The translations under genes and the position numbers were made by a program. A stretch of 64,000 nt of DNA from positions 18,972,001-19,036,000 of the forward strand of contig NC_043009.1 of assembly GCF_006345805.1 (NCBI RefSeq). The letters run 5' to 3'. The first letter of the stretch is position 1. Each line of letters begins with the position of its first letter. This document shows, piece after piece, positions 60,825 through 64,000 of the stretch. A model generated the notes under the pieces. It made no database searches. It was not told where the DNA came from and saw only the letters and a program-made list of their open reading frames with translations. This stretch comes from Octopus sinensis. Taxonomy: Eukaryota.

Positions 60825-63190
60825 AGAGTTTCTTGTAGGCTGCAAGGAAAGCATGGTCATGCAGCCTACAAGAAGCTCTCAGAATCTTTCCAGCTTGAAC
60901 TTCCATAAAGCAAAGTGGAAACAAATTGAGAAAGAGATCCTCAAACAAAACTGGCCTGAATGTCTTTCCTCACCAGACATCGACATGAAACTTCAACAAT
61001 TCATGTCTGTAATGCAAGCCATATGCTACAAATGTGTCCCAGAGAGAAAGGCCACTGTACACAAAAACAAAATCCCCAGAGAGAGGAAAATTCTAATGAG
61101 ACGGCGTACAAATGTTTCAAATCGCCTAAACAAACAAATTGAAAGCAGTGAAAAGTACCGCCTGAAAATAAAACTGTTGGAAATTGAAAAATGTCTGCAA
61201 CTCACCCATGAAAAAGAAAGGGCAGACAAAGAAGCCTGGGCTATAGACAACATAAAATCTAACCCCAGAGCTTTTTACAGGTATGCCAAAGAAACAGCTA
61301 CGGTGCACTGTAGGATAGGGCCACTCCTTGAAAAGGATGGCACACTCACAGGAAATCCAATGAGGATAAGTGAAATACTAAATGAGCAATTCAAGAGTAT
61401 TTTCACTCCAACCCTAGGGCATTTTCAAGTCAGCAATCCAACTGACTTCTTTATCACTGCAGATATAAAATCAGAGGCAGCGATGATTGATTACATCAAT
61501 ATAAAGGAAGACGATGTAATAAAGGCCATAGATGAAATGAAAACAAACTCAGCTACTGGCCCCGATGGATTCCCAGCAATCCTTCTAAAAGTATGTAAGC
61601 GAGTTCTAGCAAGATCACTACAGTTCCTCTTTCAGAGCTTCCTTGCAACTGGCACACTTCCAAGAAAACTGAAGGAAGGTAAAATATGCCCTATTCATAA
61701 AGGAGGTAGCAGAGCGGAGGCCAAGAACTACAGACCTATCTCTCTGACCTCCCTCACACATCCCCAAGGTCATGGAACGAATAGTCAGAAGAAAACTAAT
61801 CACCTTCCTTGAGGAAAATGACTTGCTGCCTGACACCCAACATGTTTCCCGACCAGGAAGGAGCTGCTTAACTCAGCTCCTACAACACTATGACTGGGTG
61901 CTGAAACGACTGCTCAACCACTCAAATGTGGAAGTCATACATCTCGACTTTGCAAAGGCCTTTGATAAAGTCGACCATGGAATGATATGTCACAGACTGC
62001 GTGATCTTGGCATAGTTGGAGAATTGGGAGAATGGCTTCATGACTTTCTGAAGGATAGAAGTCAGGTGGTAGTAGCCAATGGGGCCACCTCCAATAACAG
62101 GCAAATAGTGAGCGGTGTTCCGCAAGGCACTGTTCTGGGACCACTACTGTTCATAATGGCCCTCTCAGACATGCCCTCAGCCACCCAGAGAGCCACGATC
62201 ACAAGTTATGCAGATGATACAAAAGTTTCACAGATAATACAGAACCCTGAAGACACTATGCACCTGCAATGTGAGCTGGACAAAATATACAAGTGTGCTG
62301 AAAAGAATAGCATGCAGTTCAATGCTGAAAAGTTTCAAGCTTTATGCTATTAGCATGCAAAATTAAATGCAATACCCAATAAATACACGGGACCCGGAGG
62401 GATTGCAATCCCAGAGGCACAATCAGTGCGAGACCTGGGTATTTACATGAGTGATGATGCAACCTTTCATATGCATGTTGCTAAATTGGCAATGAAATGT
62501 AGGCGGCTGACCGGATGGATTCTTAGAACCTTTAGAACAAGAGACCAGGAAACCATGATGGTCCTCTGGAGGACACTTGTCCTAAGCCACTTTGACTATT
62601 GCTCTCAGCTATGGTCACCATCCAGTGTCAAGTTAATCACAGAAATTGAGGCGATCCAACGAAGCTACACGAAGAAGATAGCCTCTGTGCAGCATATATG
62701 CTACTAGGAAAGACTCAAGAGATTAAGACTATATTCCTTAGAGCGTAGGCGAGAAAGATATGCCATAATATACATCTGGAAGATCCTAGAAGGACTTGTC
62801 CCAAACTTTGGTATCGAGAGTTACACAAATGCTAGAACTGGGCGCCACTGCAAGGACTCCAAATTTGCCATCAAGATGTAGGACAAGATACTGTGATAGC
62901 CTGGGCTTCAGAGGCCCACAGCTCTTCGATATCCTCCCGAAGAACCTGAGAGACCTGCATGGGGTGGACGCATATGTCTTTAAATAAAATAAAACTGGTT
63001 CTCTTCCTGTCAAGTGTCCCAGATGAACCAACTTCACGGCAAGAGGTGCAGATGAGAGCAGCTGCATCGAACTCTCATGCACCAAATGGCAATTGATAAA
63101 AAGCATTCGTGAAGTAAAATTATGTAGCAACACCAAATGACGGTGCGTGCCCCTGCATGGCCACAGCTCGTGAGCTGAAACTAGATAAAA
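60822..63190 (+). mobile_element. CR1-group LINE, 5'-truncated ORF2 (RT) with frameshifts and stops
   Basis: NFHKAKW; [11 protein letters not shown]; NYRPISLTS; HLDFAKAFDKVDH; SGVPQGTVLGPLLF; SYADDT; RDLGIY; DYCSQLWSP. Ends in an (AAAAT)n tail. A different family from the 19-22.7 kb LINE. Confidence 0.95.
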
Positions 63191-63229
63191 TAAAAATAAA
63201 ATAAAATAAAATAATATATATATATATAT

Positions 63230-64000
63230 ATAAATTAAATTAGAAATAAAACAACTATTAGGCAACTCAAACAGTGATAGACATAAACCAAAATATAAAA
63301 AACAAAATATAATTAATATAATATCCAAAATATATATATAAAGTATAAAATTTAAAATTTAAATTGTTAAAATTTGAAATTTATATCTATAATTTATATC
63401 TATAAATTTTTATATTTTTATATTTTAAATTTTAAATTTATTAATTTTTAAACTTTAATTTTTTTAAAAACTAACCAAAAAGTATTAAAAAGTTTAATAT
63501 AATATAATAAGTAAAAACACTACGTACGTTTCATGGCTATAAATCAATTCGAATTACAATTAAGTTTAAATTCAATTAAAAATTCGAATTAAAATTATAG
63601 TCAATCTTCAGGTTAATGATTGTAGTTAAATAAATAATGATAGTAGTTAAGTAGAGTTAAGCAATATTTTTTTAAGAAATAAATAAAATAATAATTTTTC
63701 TTATAAAAAACTCTATTATCAAATTAGAAACTTAAAACATATGTCATACAACCCATTTATTATGTTAAATATTAATTTTTAAGGTAAAAAAAGATTAAAA
63801 AATGTATTTATCTATTAAGATATAACATGGCTTTAAAAAACATAATAAACTCACAAATATCGTTAACTCAGTTATAGTCAATATCTAATTACCAAAATAT
63901 TTAACAAAATAATCACTATTCCTATTTTTAAATTTAAGTTCATATCTAATAATTATAAAAAAGTTTAAAAATTTATAAATTTAAAATTTAAAATTAAAAA
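63230..64000. mobile_element. AT-decayed PLE pseudo-LTR relic, same family as the 45 kb palindrome arm; runs off the window
   Basis: Collinear with 45030-45620. Degenerate minus-strand hammerhead CTGAAGA..GAAA-CGTACG-TA at 63515-63614. Confidence 0.75.

Overview
This is an AT-rich animal genomic window, most likely from an octopus-type cephalopod. That assignment is an inference from the tRNA-derived SINE, the repeat families and the long (TA)n/(CA)n/(CTAT)n tracts; I cannot run a search to confirm it. I find no intact host gene, rRNA, tRNA gene or CRISPR array. The window is a mosaic of mobile-element relics: Penelope-like elements (PLEs) of two types (a CCHH-endonuclease Neptune-like type and a CCHH-less type resembling the Hydra clade), CR1-group and RTE LINEs, CRE-type and R4/Dong-type restriction-like-endonuclease retroelements, a scrambled Gypsy pol, Helitron and Helentron relics, several Tc1/mariner elements, a hAT relic, a MITE and a SINE. 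Four things stand out. (1) About a dozen hammerhead-ribozyme (HHR) motifs, many in sense/antisense pairs inside near-perfect fold-back palindromes (31.4, 45.0, 46.4, 51.6-53.8 kb). (2) A divergent PLE with an uninterrupted 412-codon thumb/GIY-YIG frame and a complete HHR, bounded by (TA)n on both sides (58.1-60.3 kb). (3) A second PLE whose GIY-YIG motif is split by a ~150-residue in-frame low-complexity insert and which is joined to an RTE fragment. (4) A cryptic 930-nt minus-strand host-like exon whose frame is restored exactly when a mariner and one TA duplication are removed. Coordinates were read by eye, and element ends without a sequence landmark are approximate.
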